The position numbers and the translations under genes were made by a program. A stretch of DNA of 63,469 nucleotides, the filler included, from Octopus bimaculoides (taxonomy: Eukaryota), in the NCBI RefSeq assembly GCF_001194135.2. It is 7 parts of 6 records of this genome, joined end to end, with 100 filler letters (N's around TTAATTAATTAA, not from the genome) between each part and the next. Parts side by side here need not be neighbours in the genome. Positions count along the whole stretch, not along the records: positions 13,765 to 30,341 come from NC_068981.1; positions 30,442 to 47,107 come from NC_068997.1; 5 more parts are not named here. One strand, given 5' to 3'. Positions 25,080-37,620 of this stretch are shown here, in pieces; position 1 is the stretch's first letter, and every line of letters starts with the position of its first letter. The notes under the pieces were generated by a model. The model did not search any database and was not told where the DNA came from. It saw nothing but the letters and a program-made list of their open reading frames with translations.

Positions 25080-27880
25080 GTTGGGCCCATAGAACAACTT
25101 TTGTTCCCCTGTGTTTAAGTGCATATTCCTTAGCTCTGATAATAGATCCTCAAGAAAATGTTCAGAGGTCACTTCTTGCTTAGTATGTTGACCACGATGC
25201 CTTTACTAATTGTCTCTTTCAGATTGCTAACTAGTTCTCTCTCTAATCTATTCCACGCAATCGCTAACTCTTTGCTAAACACTATTGAGTCTGCTCTAAT
25301 TACCCGCTTCATGGCATCCTAGTTGTTGATAACTGTTTCTGCTCGCTGCTGCTTGACTAATTCGCCAATCTAGTCCCTCTTGTTTTTGTGTGCTTGTAAG
25401 GACATATTCAACTTCCAGTAACTGGGTTACTGTCTATCTAAGTTGGTTAAGCAGATCACAAATACGTGATCTATGTAGCCAATTAGTGTGAAATGTGGAC
25501 ATCCTACTAATGTAGCAAATATTCTAACAAATATTCTAACTAAATACAGTCTAGATGACCTGCTGTGGTTGCTCCATGTCCACACTGGCACATCAGAGAA
25601 ATCCAGTCAATGCCTGTCAGAGGGTTGGAAACTTCTGAGTAGGTTTTCAAGACTTTTTCTATACACTAACCCCAACGCAGTCCTTCTGTGCATCTAAAAT
25701 ACAATTCAAACCCCTCACCAGCAGTAATAATCAGGATCTCCTTAGAATTACTTCTAGATGTCCAAAGAAATCTGACCTACAACACATGTTGGGGTATAAA
25801 CAACCACTAGTTCTAAAGGCACCACATTCACTGCCATTCACATCAAAAACCACCAACTCATCATCTGGATCCAGGAACATTGTCCATACCTTGAGATTCA
25901 AGGATTTCTGCAATAATACTGCCACCCCACCACCTGATCTTAAGAAACTATGAGATGAGAAAATCTCAATTACTTAAAATGGGTGAGTGCATGCACTCCA
26001 GTAATCCTGGTCTCCTATGATATCTATCTCAAGAGACCTGAGATCATTGAGCAAGTGACCTTACTTCCAAGCTGATGCCTGACTGCACACATTTATACAC
26101 TCAACTCTGAGAACAGGCATCTTTGTCAGAGAGAAAAAAAGCAAAGGGGGAGGGGTCACCAACCTCAGTCTTTGAGGGGGTTGGTTGATTCAACCTCCTC
26201 ATTGGTGTAGGAAGAATTAGTGAAAGGCCTGCCTAAAGTTTGTTTGTCTGACTTTAAATGGATGAGCCATTGTCTGCAGGATAGTTTTTTTAAGTGTGAG
26301 GTAAGTGTTCATGTCTGTTTGAATTACAAGTTCATCTTGAGAGAAGTGGGGTTGACAGGTTTTTCTCTAAGGTCTCCTCTTTTGCAACAGTATTATTGTA
26401 TGGGTTCAAATTCCGCCGAGGTCGACTTTGCCTTTCATCTTTTCGGAGTTCGATAGATTAAGTACCACTGCATCAGATCAACTGTGAAGTCAATTAAAGG
26501 TTCAGCTTGACTGAATGTGCTGTTGCTGTATTTGTTGTTGTTGTTCACTGTGTATGCACGTTAGTTTTAATGCTTTCTTTTGTAGCTGCAGTTGTGGTTG
26601 TGTGAGTATTGTTTTAGTGATGGTGTCATTGGTGATGGATGATTTAAAAATAGATCCAACTTGCTTTTAGAATTGGATCTAAATTCTAAAAGCCTTCTTT
26701 TAGAATTGTTTTTCCTGTTTGCCCTGACACATGTCTTTTGCTATGGTTTCACAATCTTATCAAACAATAAGATATCTCTGTAACCACTAAGTTTGTGTTG
26801 GGAATAAGAGGTGTAAGACTGTGTGTGTGATTGATTCTGAGATGCTGGATATACAGATGAGTGATATCTCTTGCTTGCAGACATAATTGTTCTACAATAA
26901 ATGATTTGTGATTTGCACTGCTCATCTTTGTAACCACTGTTGTTGTTGTGTATGTTTTTTTGCAGTAGATGTAGATCTGACTGTTGAAGCTGTTACTGCA
27001 ATTGTATTTTTGTTGCTGCTGTCAGTATTCTGACAGCAGGGTATTTGGGCATTTGATTACTACACATACCACAACACACCAGATGTCTAATTATGGTGAT
27101 GCTGATTAAGGTATGTTGGAAGTAGACCCTCATGGCTGCACAGGACTATTGAATGTTTATACACCAGGGGCTTTTGAGAAACATCTCACTTCCACAGAGA
27201 CGTATTATTATCCTCAAGTTATAAAGTATATTCATTTTTTAACTTGGATATGTGAGGCATTAAAAACACATCAATATAAAATAATTATTCTGGCAGCCCT
27301 TTCCATCAATTCTGAAGGGATGGCAAGATGGTTTTTCTATTTCATCTATTGAAGAGTTTTTCTACTTCGTTCACGTTCCTGTGTCTTCCTTCTAAAGAAA
27401 CTTGCTCCTAAATCTGTGTTATCCTTTCAAATGAGCTGTTGTTGATACTGTTGTTGTAGTTGAAGCTTTCATTGCTGGTGGTGTTTCCTGAGACCAAAGT
27501 GAATGTGCTAGAGGCAATATCTGTGTTGGTGGATGATGTGGTAAGACTGGTGTTGATGAAGATGGTGTGTTTGGAGGCAAAGGTGGAAACTCATCGATAC
27601 TGTTACTGCTGTTGTTGCTGATTCTGTCAGCTGCTTTGTGATCAGGCAACACGGATTTGCTTGTTTCAGCTGCAATGCTACCTGTTATTTCCTTCTTAGC
27701 AGTTATATATTCCTCTATGGACTGGAATATGATGAGCCAGAGAGTCTTGATGTGGTTGCTCAACCTAATAGAAAAGCAGCTGAGTCTCTCTGGAATCATA
27801 GCCTAACATCGTACATAAAGAAATCTACTCAAAGTTCTTGGTGTGTGATGGCTAGAATGTGTTTGACCCTGTCTCTTCAT
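25080..27880 (-). mobile_element. L1/Tx1-clade LINE (low-complexity ORF1 remnant plus ORF2 APE domain), decayed, interrupted by a SINE B piece at about 26385-26470
   Basis: ORF2 start region ECINVCSQ...GHLLNDLRSLEIDII; GVAVLLQKSLNLKVWTMFLDPDDELVVFDVNG; WTWSNH...SRLY; YWKLNMSL. The upstream 27419-27799 Pro/Thr-rich ORF is consistent with an ORF1 tail (lower confidence). Confidence 0.75.
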
Positions 27881-27914
27881 TCAGGGTTCAACACCAACAT
27901 AACAATAATAATCT

Positions 27915-28130
27915 TTTCTACACTAGGCACAAGGCTTGAAATTTTTGGGGAGGGGACCAGTCGATTAGATTGACCCCAATATGCAACTGGTACTTAATTG
28001 ATTGACCCTGTAAAGATGAAAGGCAAAGTCAACCTAGGCGGAATATGAACTCAGAATGTAAAGACAGACGAAATACCACTAAGCATTTTGCCGGGCGTGT
28101 GAATGTTTCTGCCAGCTTGCTGCCTTAACA
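27915..28130 (-). mobile_element. SINE family B
   Basis: ctacactaggcacaaggcttgaaatttttggggagggg...gatgaaaggcaaagtcaacctaggcggaatatgaactcagaatgtaaagacagacgaaat. Confidence 0.9.
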
Positions 28131-28678
28131 TAACAGTAATAAAGGACTAGCTGTTATGAGTAATGTGATAATAGACCCATAGGCAACCCTTGCTTGTAGA
28201 CATTTGGTAATGGTGATGATGAAGATGATACAGAAGAGGGGGAGAATGGAAGAAGAGAAGGAAGAGGAAGAAAATTAAATATTAATTTTGAAACTTTTAA
28301 GGTACATTTTAAAAGCATTTTTGAAGAACTGTTTTTTACCTGACAAAATACCACTTTCATGAACAAGCAAGCATTACACAAACCTGTCCTAAGAATATGA
28401 CATGGTAAGTTAACTTGAGTGAGCTAACCTAAGACTAAAGAAAAGCATTGACCTGGCTAGTTACCAAAAGTTTTCTGAATTAGCGTATTTTGTCATTCAG
28501 CACAGTTTTGAGTTTTAGAGTTCAACTTGTCAACTGATTTTCCCAAAAAATGCATCTTTTCATTATATCATGATCTAACACCCATAAAACTATGGAGTTT
28601 GAACCAAACTTCACTGAATTCCTATTATCTGAAAAAATAGAACTTTCTATTTGTTTTTACTTCAATTTTGCTTCTTAC

Positions 28679-28804
28679 CTGATTAAATTTCATCACAGCC
28701 AAATTTCTCAATGTTTCAGCCACTCTTGGATGATGTTGACCAAAACTATCCTCATAAATTTTCAGAGCTCGTTCATACAAAGGTTCAGCATCTTCATACT
28801 TATT
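28679..28804 (-). CDS. TPR-repeat protein, penultimate coding exon
   Basis: ccctttatatccttacag|[42 protein letters not shown]|gtaaga. 126 nt, phase 0/0, a canonical 42-aa KLC/NPHP3-type TPR. Confidence 0.92.
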
Positions 28805-28983
28805 CTGTAAGGATATAAAGGGAAAATATTAATTTTAGGTTTCAAATGGCATATGGATGACAATAATATAAACCTGCATTTGCCAAAAATACAAGAAAGC
28901 TTTTTATATAAAGAAAGATACATAAAAACAATAAACTCTAATGTAAGATTTCATATCTAATTAAGAATTAGTGAAGTTATTAC

Positions 28984-29014
<31 letters not shown>

Positions 29015-29042
29015 GTTATTGTTGTTGCTGTTGTTATTAAAG

Positions 29043-29260
29043 TGGCAAGCTGGTAGAATCATTAACACACAGGGAAATGCTTAGCAGCATTTTGTCCATC
29101 TTCACATTCTGAGTTCAAATTCTGCCAAGGTCAACTTTGCCTTTCATTCTTTTGAGGTTGATAAAATAAGTATCAGTTGAGTACTGGAGTTGATGTAATT
29201 GACTTATCCACTCCCCTGAAAATGCTGGCCTTGTGCCAAAATTTGAAATTATTATTATTA
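29043..29260 (+). mobile_element. SINE family B (CpG-decayed)
   Basis: ggcaagctggtagaatcattaac (A-box)...ttctgagttcaaattctgccaaggtcaactttgcc (B-box)...ccttgtgccaaaatttgaaattattatt. Confidence 0.9.
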
Positions 29261-29373
29261 TTGGGTGTAAACTTTCAGCTTATTTTGCTGGGTATGATGC
29301 AGCGTCAGTTGTCTACAACCAACAGAATAAGATGACACTTGTTTACTGATTATGTTTCAAGAACCCTGCAGAG

Positions 29374-29405
<32 letters not shown>

Positions 29406-29950
29406 TAGCTGGCCCCATGTTGTAAAAATGAAGGCTAATTGTAGTATTTCTGACCTACCCCCATTTATTTTTATATCAAAATAAAGCAAAACGGAACTCT
29501 TCATACCTGTACCTTTTTAAACACAAATTGAGTTATAGTGGTCCAGTGCATTGAACTACAATGAGCACTACTGTTCAGTAATCAAAAATAAAAACAGAAC
29601 AAATGTGGAGAGTGGGTGGAAATACAAAGGTGGTTGAGGGGATGTGGCACGATATTTAAGCCTCAGATTTTGATCAAAAGTATACGAGAAGAAAGTTCAC
29701 ATGCAGAAATTTCAAATGATATATAACTATCCATAGAAAAAATATATTTTGATGTAAGAAAAATCAAGCGAAATATGGTCTTTTACATTGTCAAACGGTG
29801 CTCTTTGCCTCTCTAAGGAGCTTTACAACAATATATACGATCACATGATGTCAAGACAAGGGTACACACAAACACACACATGCACACATATAATCACACA
29901 CACACATACATAGACATATACACACACATGCACATATATATATATGTGTC

Positions 29951-30004
<54 letters not shown>

Positions 30005-30554
30005 TATATATATATGTATGTATATACATATACATAAAAATAAAAAGATAAAGAGAGCAATGGTAAGGTTGGAGAAGTATTTTATGGATAGAGTCTTACA
30101 GCTGTTTCTGGGAAGATCCAGTACTTCCCTTCATCGGAGACAGAAAAAATAAAGTAATCTATTATTATATCCATAGGCGGATATTTTTAGTATGAAGTGG
30201 TAAAAAGAGAGAACAGTACTTGAAGTGTAGTTTCATTCCAGTAGTAAAAATCCATGTAGAGTAATCCTTATGGGGATAATCCGGAAATAGATGTTGGAAC
30301 GAAGGCTGATATAGCATAGATAGCAGAGGTGAATATATGCCNNNNNNNNNNNNNNNNNNNNNNNNNNNNNNNNNNNNNNNNNNNNTTAATTAATTAANNN
30401 NNNNNNNNNNNNNNNNNNNNNNNNNNNNNNNNNNNNNNNNNATAAGAGATTGATGATGGAATAAGTACCAAGCTTAAGAATAGGTTGTGGGAATGATTTA
30501 CTTGACTAAAAACCTTCAAGGCAGTACCCCAGCATGGCCACAGTTTAATGACTG

Positions 30555-30722
30555 AAGTGAGTAAAAGACAAATGATTAAAAGATACATCATCTTCATATA
30601 CATCAATACATGTACATCTTTTTTGTATGTACATGTGCATGTGTGTGTGTGTGTGAGAGAAAGAGAGAGAGAGAGAGAGTGAGTGAGTGAATGTGTGTCT
30701 TCTCATGTATGTGTAAGTGGCA

Positions 30723-30762
<40 letters not shown>

Positions 30763-31309
30763 TACTCCATTTCATATACACATTCATACAACTTTCACTT
30801 TCTCTCCTTCACTTTAAAACAAAAGTAAATAAATAAAAAATTTTACAGAAATTAACGAACAAAACCAGCTGATCCAGGTAACAGTTCTGAGATCAGAGTG
30901 AAAGATCACCCCAAGGGAATACCATTACAAAAGATTTGGCTGCTATTTCTATCACACCCTTCTACCATGTAACAGCTATTTGTGATAAAGGACCTGAAAT
31001 ACCTATTACATAGTAACAGGGTGTGAAAGAAATAGCAGCCAAATCTTCCCTTTTCTGGGGAAAGGAGCCGTTTACATGTGATTTTGATGTCACATTCATT
31101 GAAAGCATGTGAAATAACCTGGAAAAGTAAAAAAAAACTCATGAAACAAAATTCTGTTGCTAGGTAACTCCCAGGTGACCCAACAAACTCACTCTCTCTC
31201 TCTCTCTTTCTCTCACACACACACACACATGCACATGTACATACAAAAAAGATGTACATGTATTGATGTATATGAAGATGATATAGCTTTTAATCATTTG
31301 TCTTTTACT
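30555..31309. repeat. Inverted duplication (arms about 30555-30690 and 31187-31309) enclosing a 30-bp inverted repeat (30931-30960 / 31018-31047)
   Basis: Arms are near-identical reverse complements. Inner arm aagatttggctgctatttctatcacaccct has 1 mismatch. Confidence 0.85.
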
Positions 31310-32944
31310 NNNNNNNNNNNNNNNNNNNNNNNNNNNNNNNNNNNNNNNNNNNNNNNNNNNNNNNNNNNNNNNNNNNNNNNNNNNNNNNNNNNNNNNNNNN
31401 NNNNNNNNNNNNNNNNNNNNNNNNNNNNNNNNNNNNNNNNNNNNNNNNNNNNNNNNNNNNNNNNNNNNNNNNNNNNNNNNNNNNNNNNNNNNNNNNNNNN
31501 NNNNNNNNNNNNNNNNNNNNNNNNNNNNNNNNNNNNNNNNNNNNNNNNNNNNNNNNNNNNNNNNNNNNNNNNNNNNNNNNNNNNNNNNNNNNNNNNNNNN
31601 NNNNNNNNNNNNNNNNNNNNNNNNNNNNNNNNNNNNNNNNNNNNNNNNNNNNNNNNNNNNNNNNNNNNNNNNNNNNNNNNNNNNNNNNNNNNNNNNNNNN
31701 NNNNNNNNNNNNNNNNNNNNNNNNNNNNNNNNNNNNNNNNNNNNNNNNNNNNNNNNNNNNNNNNNNNNNNNNNNNNNNNNNNNNNNNNNNNNNNNNNNNN
31801 NNNNNNNNNNNNNNNNNNNNNNNNNNNNNNNNNNNNNNNNNNNNNNNNNNNNNNNNNNNNNNNNNNNNNNNNNNNNNNNNNNNNNNNNNNNNNNNNNNNN
31901 NNNAGACATACACACTCCTACACTCACTCACATTCACATACTTTGTGTCACTTACACACATACACAATACACATACACTCTGACTCATAGCTTTTCACAC
32001 ACACACAAACACAATACAAACATGCACACATGCACACAGACACACATGCCACTCTTTTGTCCCCCCCTCTCCACATATATATACACTCATACACATACTT
32101 CTCATCACACAGCTCACATCTGTTCAAATACATCTGCACACATTCACACAAACACATACTCCACAAAGTTACACACCCTGACTCACTGTCATATTGACAT
32201 ACACACATACATGCATACATACATACATACATACATACATACACACACATACAGATACACATACAGACACTCACACATACAAAGACATACTCACGCACAT
32301 ACACACACGTATATATACTCACACACATACATATACTCATGCACTCTCATGCATGTTTATAAATATGTTAATTTGTTATTGGAAAACTACAAACAATTAT
32401 TTTAAAAAATAGTTAAAAAAGACAACATAAAACCAGCTATAATAAGAGAGACTGAAGCAGTGAACAAAAAGCCCATCTGTGACCAGGTGAGGGCGAATGT
32501 TGTAATTGTGGAATATATATTAATTCAGGTGTGTTTTTCTTTCTCTCTTGTAGTAAATTCCCACCTTGAAAAAGGATTACTACACGATGTCTACCATTAA
32601 TTCAGGTAAAGTAAATTTTCATATATATTTTAAACCTATTTTGTATAATGTATCAAAAGAGGAAGCCCTCTATATGATCACTGGATCTGGTAGATATTAG
32701 ATATAGCAGCTAAATATTTCCTGAGTTACATTCTACCAACCATCTTAACAAAAGCAAAAAAACAAAAATAACATGACATGTTTGACAATGTAGAGCTAGA
32801 TATAATGTGACTGTATAAATGAAGGAATGGTCACAACTGGATTGCTGCTGAAGATTATTTACTTACTGAATCACTTCTGACTTGGAGCTAAAATAATAGT
32901 GATATCAACCTATTTTGTGATAAGGTAGCTTCTATTGATTTAAA

Positions 32945-33590
32945 ATTTTGGTACAACGCCAGGAATTTCGGGGCAGGGGTTAAGTCGATTACATTAACCC
33001 TGGTGCCCAACTGGTACGTATTTTATCGACCCCAAAAGAATGAAGGGCAAAATCAACCTTGGCAGAATTTGAACTCAGAACATAACAAACGAAATGCTGT
33101 TAAGCATTTTACTTGGTGTGCTAATGATCCTGCCAGCTCACTACCTGGAAGTTCTTGTTAACTACTAGAAATAGTAGCCATTTCTCCATGCTAAACTGTA
33201 CCTTTACATTTCTGTTTTTGCTTTTTGTTTTTTGTTTTTAAAATAAATGAAGGACATACTAGCTAATGTATTGTTAGATAGTATCTGAATAAAAAAAAAC
33301 GGGAAGGTCACAGCTGGATTTTTGTTGCTGTTGATTACTAGTCTGCTCAATCAAGGCTAACTTGGAAATAAATCACAACAATAAAAATAATCCTTTCTAC
33401 TATAGGCACAAGGCCTGAAATTTGGGAGTGGGAATCAGTCAATTAGATTATCCCCAATACACAACTGGTACTTAATTTATTGACCCTGAAAGGATGAAAG
33501 GCAAAGTCAATTTTGGCAGAATTTGAACTCAGAACAGGTGAAATACTGCTAAGCATTTCACCCGGCACACTAATGGTCCTGCCAGCTCCT
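32945..33590 (-). mobile_element. Two tandem SINE family B copies (about 32945-33145 and 33405-33590) with shared flanks
   Basis: Both match the family B reverse sequence and are followed by near-identical ttaactac/ttagaaatag...ctaaactgtaccttt flanks. Confidence 0.85.
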
Positions 33591-34149
33591 TTTAACTATT
33601 AGAAATAGAAGCCATTCCACCATCCTAAACTGTACCTTTGCATTTCNNNNNNNNNNNNNNNNNNNNNNNNNNNNNNNNNNNNNNNNNNNNNNNNNNNNNN
33701 NNNNNNNNNNNNNNNNNNNNNNNNNNNNNNNNNNNNNNNNNNNNNNNNNNNNNNNNNNNNNNNNNNNNNNNNNNNNNNNNNNNNNNNNNNNNNNNNNNNN
33801 NNNNNNNNNNNNNNNNNNNNNNNNNNNNNNNNNNNNNNNNNNNNNNNNNNNNNNNNNNNNNNNNNNNNNNNNNNNNNNNNNNNNNNNNNNNNNNNNNNNN
33901 NNNNNNNNNNNNNNNNNNNNNNNNNNNNNNNNNNNNNNNNNNNNNNNNNNNNNNNNNNNNNNNNNNNNNNNNNNNNNNNNNNNNNNNNNNNNNNNNNNNN
34001 NNNNNNNNNNNNNNNNNNNNNNNNNNNNNNNNNNNNNNNNNNNNNNNNNNNNNNNNNNNNNNNNNNNNNNNNNNNNNNNNNNNNNNNNNNNNNNNNNNNN
34101 NNNNNNNNNNNNNNNNTCATTTTATTTTTTACATCCATTATTACGAATC

Positions 34150-35225
34150 AATTTTCTTTTGTGAAATTCTTTAGAAACAAGAGTGTTAAAATCTCAAGCT
34201 CTAAAATTTATGTCTTCAGACTCTGCAACGCACTTAAAATTTCAAAATTATGTGAAATAGACAAACTTTCCAACTTTGTTTTCTTTATTATTTTTAATAC
34301 TAGGTCACCAAATATGTGTTACATGAGGTCTAGATTAAACACACATTAAAATAAAATTATGTGTAAACCAATTTTTGATTCTTGACACATTATGGTGATA
34401 AAAATAATTAACATTTCCAATTTATTCAAAATAATTCCATGTAACTAAATAATATGAATCGTTATAGTGCATTCCTTTTCGTTCCAGTAATAAAGCCAAC
34501 TAATTATTTTTGTAGACAAGAATTAGCATCTCACTCTCAGATAAAGAATGGAACAGTCAAAGATTTGTTGTTAATGGCATAATGCTAATTGCTTGTTGTG
34601 TTCAAAATAACTAAAACTTTCTAATCAACCACTGAACGTTCTGTTTAGATACAATTGATCTATTCCGCCAATGATCATTTTTCAATCTGTCCATTGATCC
34701 TGTAAAATAATCTTGTTCTTTCTGTGGCACTTTTTTGTTTCTACTACAACTGCAGTTTTTGAAGGAGTTGCACCTGCAACAGGAAATGTCAAATAAATCT
34801 TTTGTTTTTAAGCACATTACACTCTGTTTGAAACAATAGCACATTTTTTTCTATTTTTCACAGATTTTAGTACTGCTTGGTACTTTAGATAAAAGTTTAA
34901 GATTTTCGGTTTAACTGACTCAATCGTAACACAAGGGATGGATGCCTTTTGCCAAAGAAGAATTATCTTTTCTGCTACAATCTTGACAATTTATTTAATT
35001 AAAGGATCTTTCTTAACTACATTCTATTTTTTTTTTTCTCGTTCAAACAAAACACATTTCAGTACGTTCTTGTAAGTTGGCAAAACTTGCTCGCTAAGAT
35101 CACATGGAGTATCAAATATTGGGCATTCAGTATCATGACGCGTTATTGGCTTATGAGTCATCACTAAATGTAAACAACACTAAATTTAACACAATCATTA
35201 ATTTTGATACAATGCCCTAAAGTCA
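34150..35225 (-). mobile_element. Decayed DNA-transposon-derived ORF (Cc8K15.2-like N-terminal region)
   Basis: DLSEQVLPTYKNVLKCVLFER...KDPLIK*IVKIVAEKIILLWQKASIP...KDLFDISCCRCNSFKNCSCSRNKKVPQKEQDYF-[fs]-DQWTD*KMIIGGIDQ. Recognised from memory of the LFDI.xC.C...CSC..KVP..E..FL.DQR..RKM.IG.ID motif. Confidence 0.65.
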
Positions 35226-35354
35226 AGGTACAAAGCAGAAAACTTCACACACTTATGACATACATCCACTCACAATGACCATTGCAGCGGCACTGGAGAG
35301 AAGTTCACACTCCTGTTCTCTTTATAGTCAATGCGGAACTTCAAGATAGTCAAT

Positions 35355-35506
35355 ATATAGCTTGCTTACCAACCACATGGTTCCGAGTTCAGTCCCACTG
35401 CGTGGCACCTTGGGCAAGTGTCTTCTTCTATTGTCTCGGGCCGACCAAAGCCTTGCGAGTGGATTTGGTAGACGGAAACTGAAAGAAGCCCGTCGTATAT
35501 ATGTGC

Positions 35507-35555
<49 letters not shown>

Positions 35556-35745
35556 TCCTCCTAGCATTGCTTGACAACCGATGCTGGTGTGTTTATGTCC
35601 CCGTCACTTAGCGGTTTGGCAAAAAGAGATCGATAGAATAAGTACTAGGCTTACAAAGAATAAGTCCCGGGGTCAATTTGCGCGACTAAAGGTGGTGCTC
35701 CAGCATGGCCGCAGTCAAATGACAAACAAGTAAAAGAGTAAAAGA
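35355..35745 (+). mobile_element. SINE family A, full-length
   Basis: agcttgcttaccaaccacatggttccgagttcagtcccactgcgtggcaccttgggcaagtgtc...ccagcatggccgcagtcaaatgac. Confidence 0.92.
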
Positions 35746-35749
35746 GTAT

Positions 35750-35798
<49 letters not shown>

Positions 35799-35884
35799 CA
35801 TACATATATACACACATGCACACACACACATATACTTATACATATATATATGTATACCCACACACACACACACTCACACACATG

Positions 35885-36045
35885 TCAGTCTTTTTAGTTT
35901 TCATCTACCAAATCCACTGGAATGGCTTTGATCAGCCTGGGGATATAGCAGGCAACTCTTGCCCAAGATAACATACAGGGAGACTGAATCCCAAACCATA
36001 TGGTTTGGAAAATAATTTCTTAACCACACAGCCACATCTGTACCT
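35885..36045 (-). mobile_element. SINE family A, 5' half, diverged
   Basis: tttagttttcatctaccaaatccact...gcccaagat...gactgaatcccaaaccatatgg...taaccacacagccac. Confidence 0.75.
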
Positions 36046-36927
36046 CCATAATGATGAAAATCTGTTTTCTTTTATTCATTTATATAAACTAACTTCAGAC
36101 AAGCTACAGTGATTTACTTTGTTGTTGTTGTTTAGGCCCCCTCTAGGTCAGCCTTGATCCAGTAGATCTATGATGATCAATGGTATCCCAGCCGTGACCA
36201 CAACATCCTTTATTCAAGCTTCTAAGACTACACTGTCATTTTAAAAGAGACCAGATCAGTGGTTTGCAATCCTTTTGATTTTGTTGTGCACCGGAGATCA
36301 AACAACAAATCACTAACATACTTCACATAGATATTAAAAATAAATAAATAAACAAGCTATGCTAAAAATTTAGAGAAAAAAATATAGAAAATCATTGCTT
36401 ATTCTTGTTTTATCACACAACCCTGGTTGTGTAGTTATAGAATTTACTTTGCAGTCTTGTGGGTCCAAATCTTATGGTTCCAACTTTGGTCTCATAGTAT
36501 ATAGCATCTTGGGCAAGTGTGTTCTATTGTAATCTCAGGCCGCCCAATGCTTTGAAAGTGGGACTGGTAGACTGCATACAAAGAAGTTCATCATACAGAT
36601 ATATACATACATATACACACACACGTGCACACGCACACACACATATGTATATACTTTTTTTTATTAAATCTGCAGAAACATCACAAAAAACTGTGACTCA
36701 GAGTTGTGACTCTTGATTACAACTGTCTGACAAATATGACACCCTGAGTCACAGTTTTTGTTACTTTAATTAGAAAAAAAAAGCATATTACTCTATCTTC
36801 GGTATTCGAGTACTATTTTTTCCATTTTGTTTTGCATTCATGAGCTTAAACTGTACACACACACACACACACACACACAAACGCACACACATATATACAT
36901 ATACACTTTATTTGTGAATTGGTAAGG

Positions 36928-37074
36928 CAACTAGTGATTTCATGCGAAAGGATCCTCACAATTATCCAAAGCGATCCACATGGGAATGTTGGTACTTGTC
37001 TCCATATAAATATCAGCATTTCTAAGTGGAGTGCTTGAATAATTGTGGGGACCCTTTCAACATGAAACCAATGG
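36928..37074. mobile_element. Small MITE-like foldback
   Basis: gatttcatgcgaaaggatcctcacaattat ... ataattgtggggaccctttcaacatgaaacc, imperfect terminal inverted repeats. Confidence 0.6.
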
Positions 37075-37158
37075 TTGCTTTATTAACCTATAACTGAAGA
37101 ATACTCATCTCCATTATGATGTTGGACACTCATTCTCACTGCTTGATACTAGCATATA

Positions 37159-37620
37159 CAGAGTGCAATGGGTAAATTGTTGCCATTTTATATTTTGCAC
37201 ATGCGCATTGTTTGTTTTTGATTTTGTCAACTACACAGTATAGTAGGGTCAGTTGGGCACCATTTGTGAGAAAAACAGTACCATGATGCAATTCACTCTG
37301 CCAGAAATTTTGAAACAACATGCTGTATTGTTTGACACTTACACCAGAAGCTCCAATACGAACATTGCAGAGTGTTTGGATTTCAATATAAGGACAGTGC
37401 AAAGGATCTGGAAAGAGCTGGATGAGTCTAACGGTGATTATGAATGTACAGCAGTTTGGAAAACTCACTCTGATCATTCTGATAAGAAAAGAACGCCTGA
37501 ATTTGCTGGACAGATCCAGTCCATGATTGGCAACAATTCCTCCAAGTCAATCAGGTCCATCACCAGGGACATGGGAATGTCTGAATTTCTTATCAGGCAG
37601 GTAGTGCATGAAAACATTTG
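37159..37620 (+). mobile_element. Tc1/mariner superfamily (maT-like) 5' fragment
   Basis: TA|cagagtgca... end. SNTNIAECLDFNIRTVQRIWKELDESNGDY...KRTPEFAGQIQSMIGNNSSKSIRSITRDMGMSEFLIRQVVHENI is an HTH DNA-binding region. Cut by a SINE A fragment. Confidence 0.75.

Noticed and set aside
29043-29130. tRNA genes at SINE heads
   Set aside because: A/B-box-like motifs continue into SINE bodies; no complete cloverleaf seen
30906-31259. 117-aa minus ORF with a good acceptor near 31120
   Set aside because: Runs through an inverted repeat and microsatellite; no TPR or other motif
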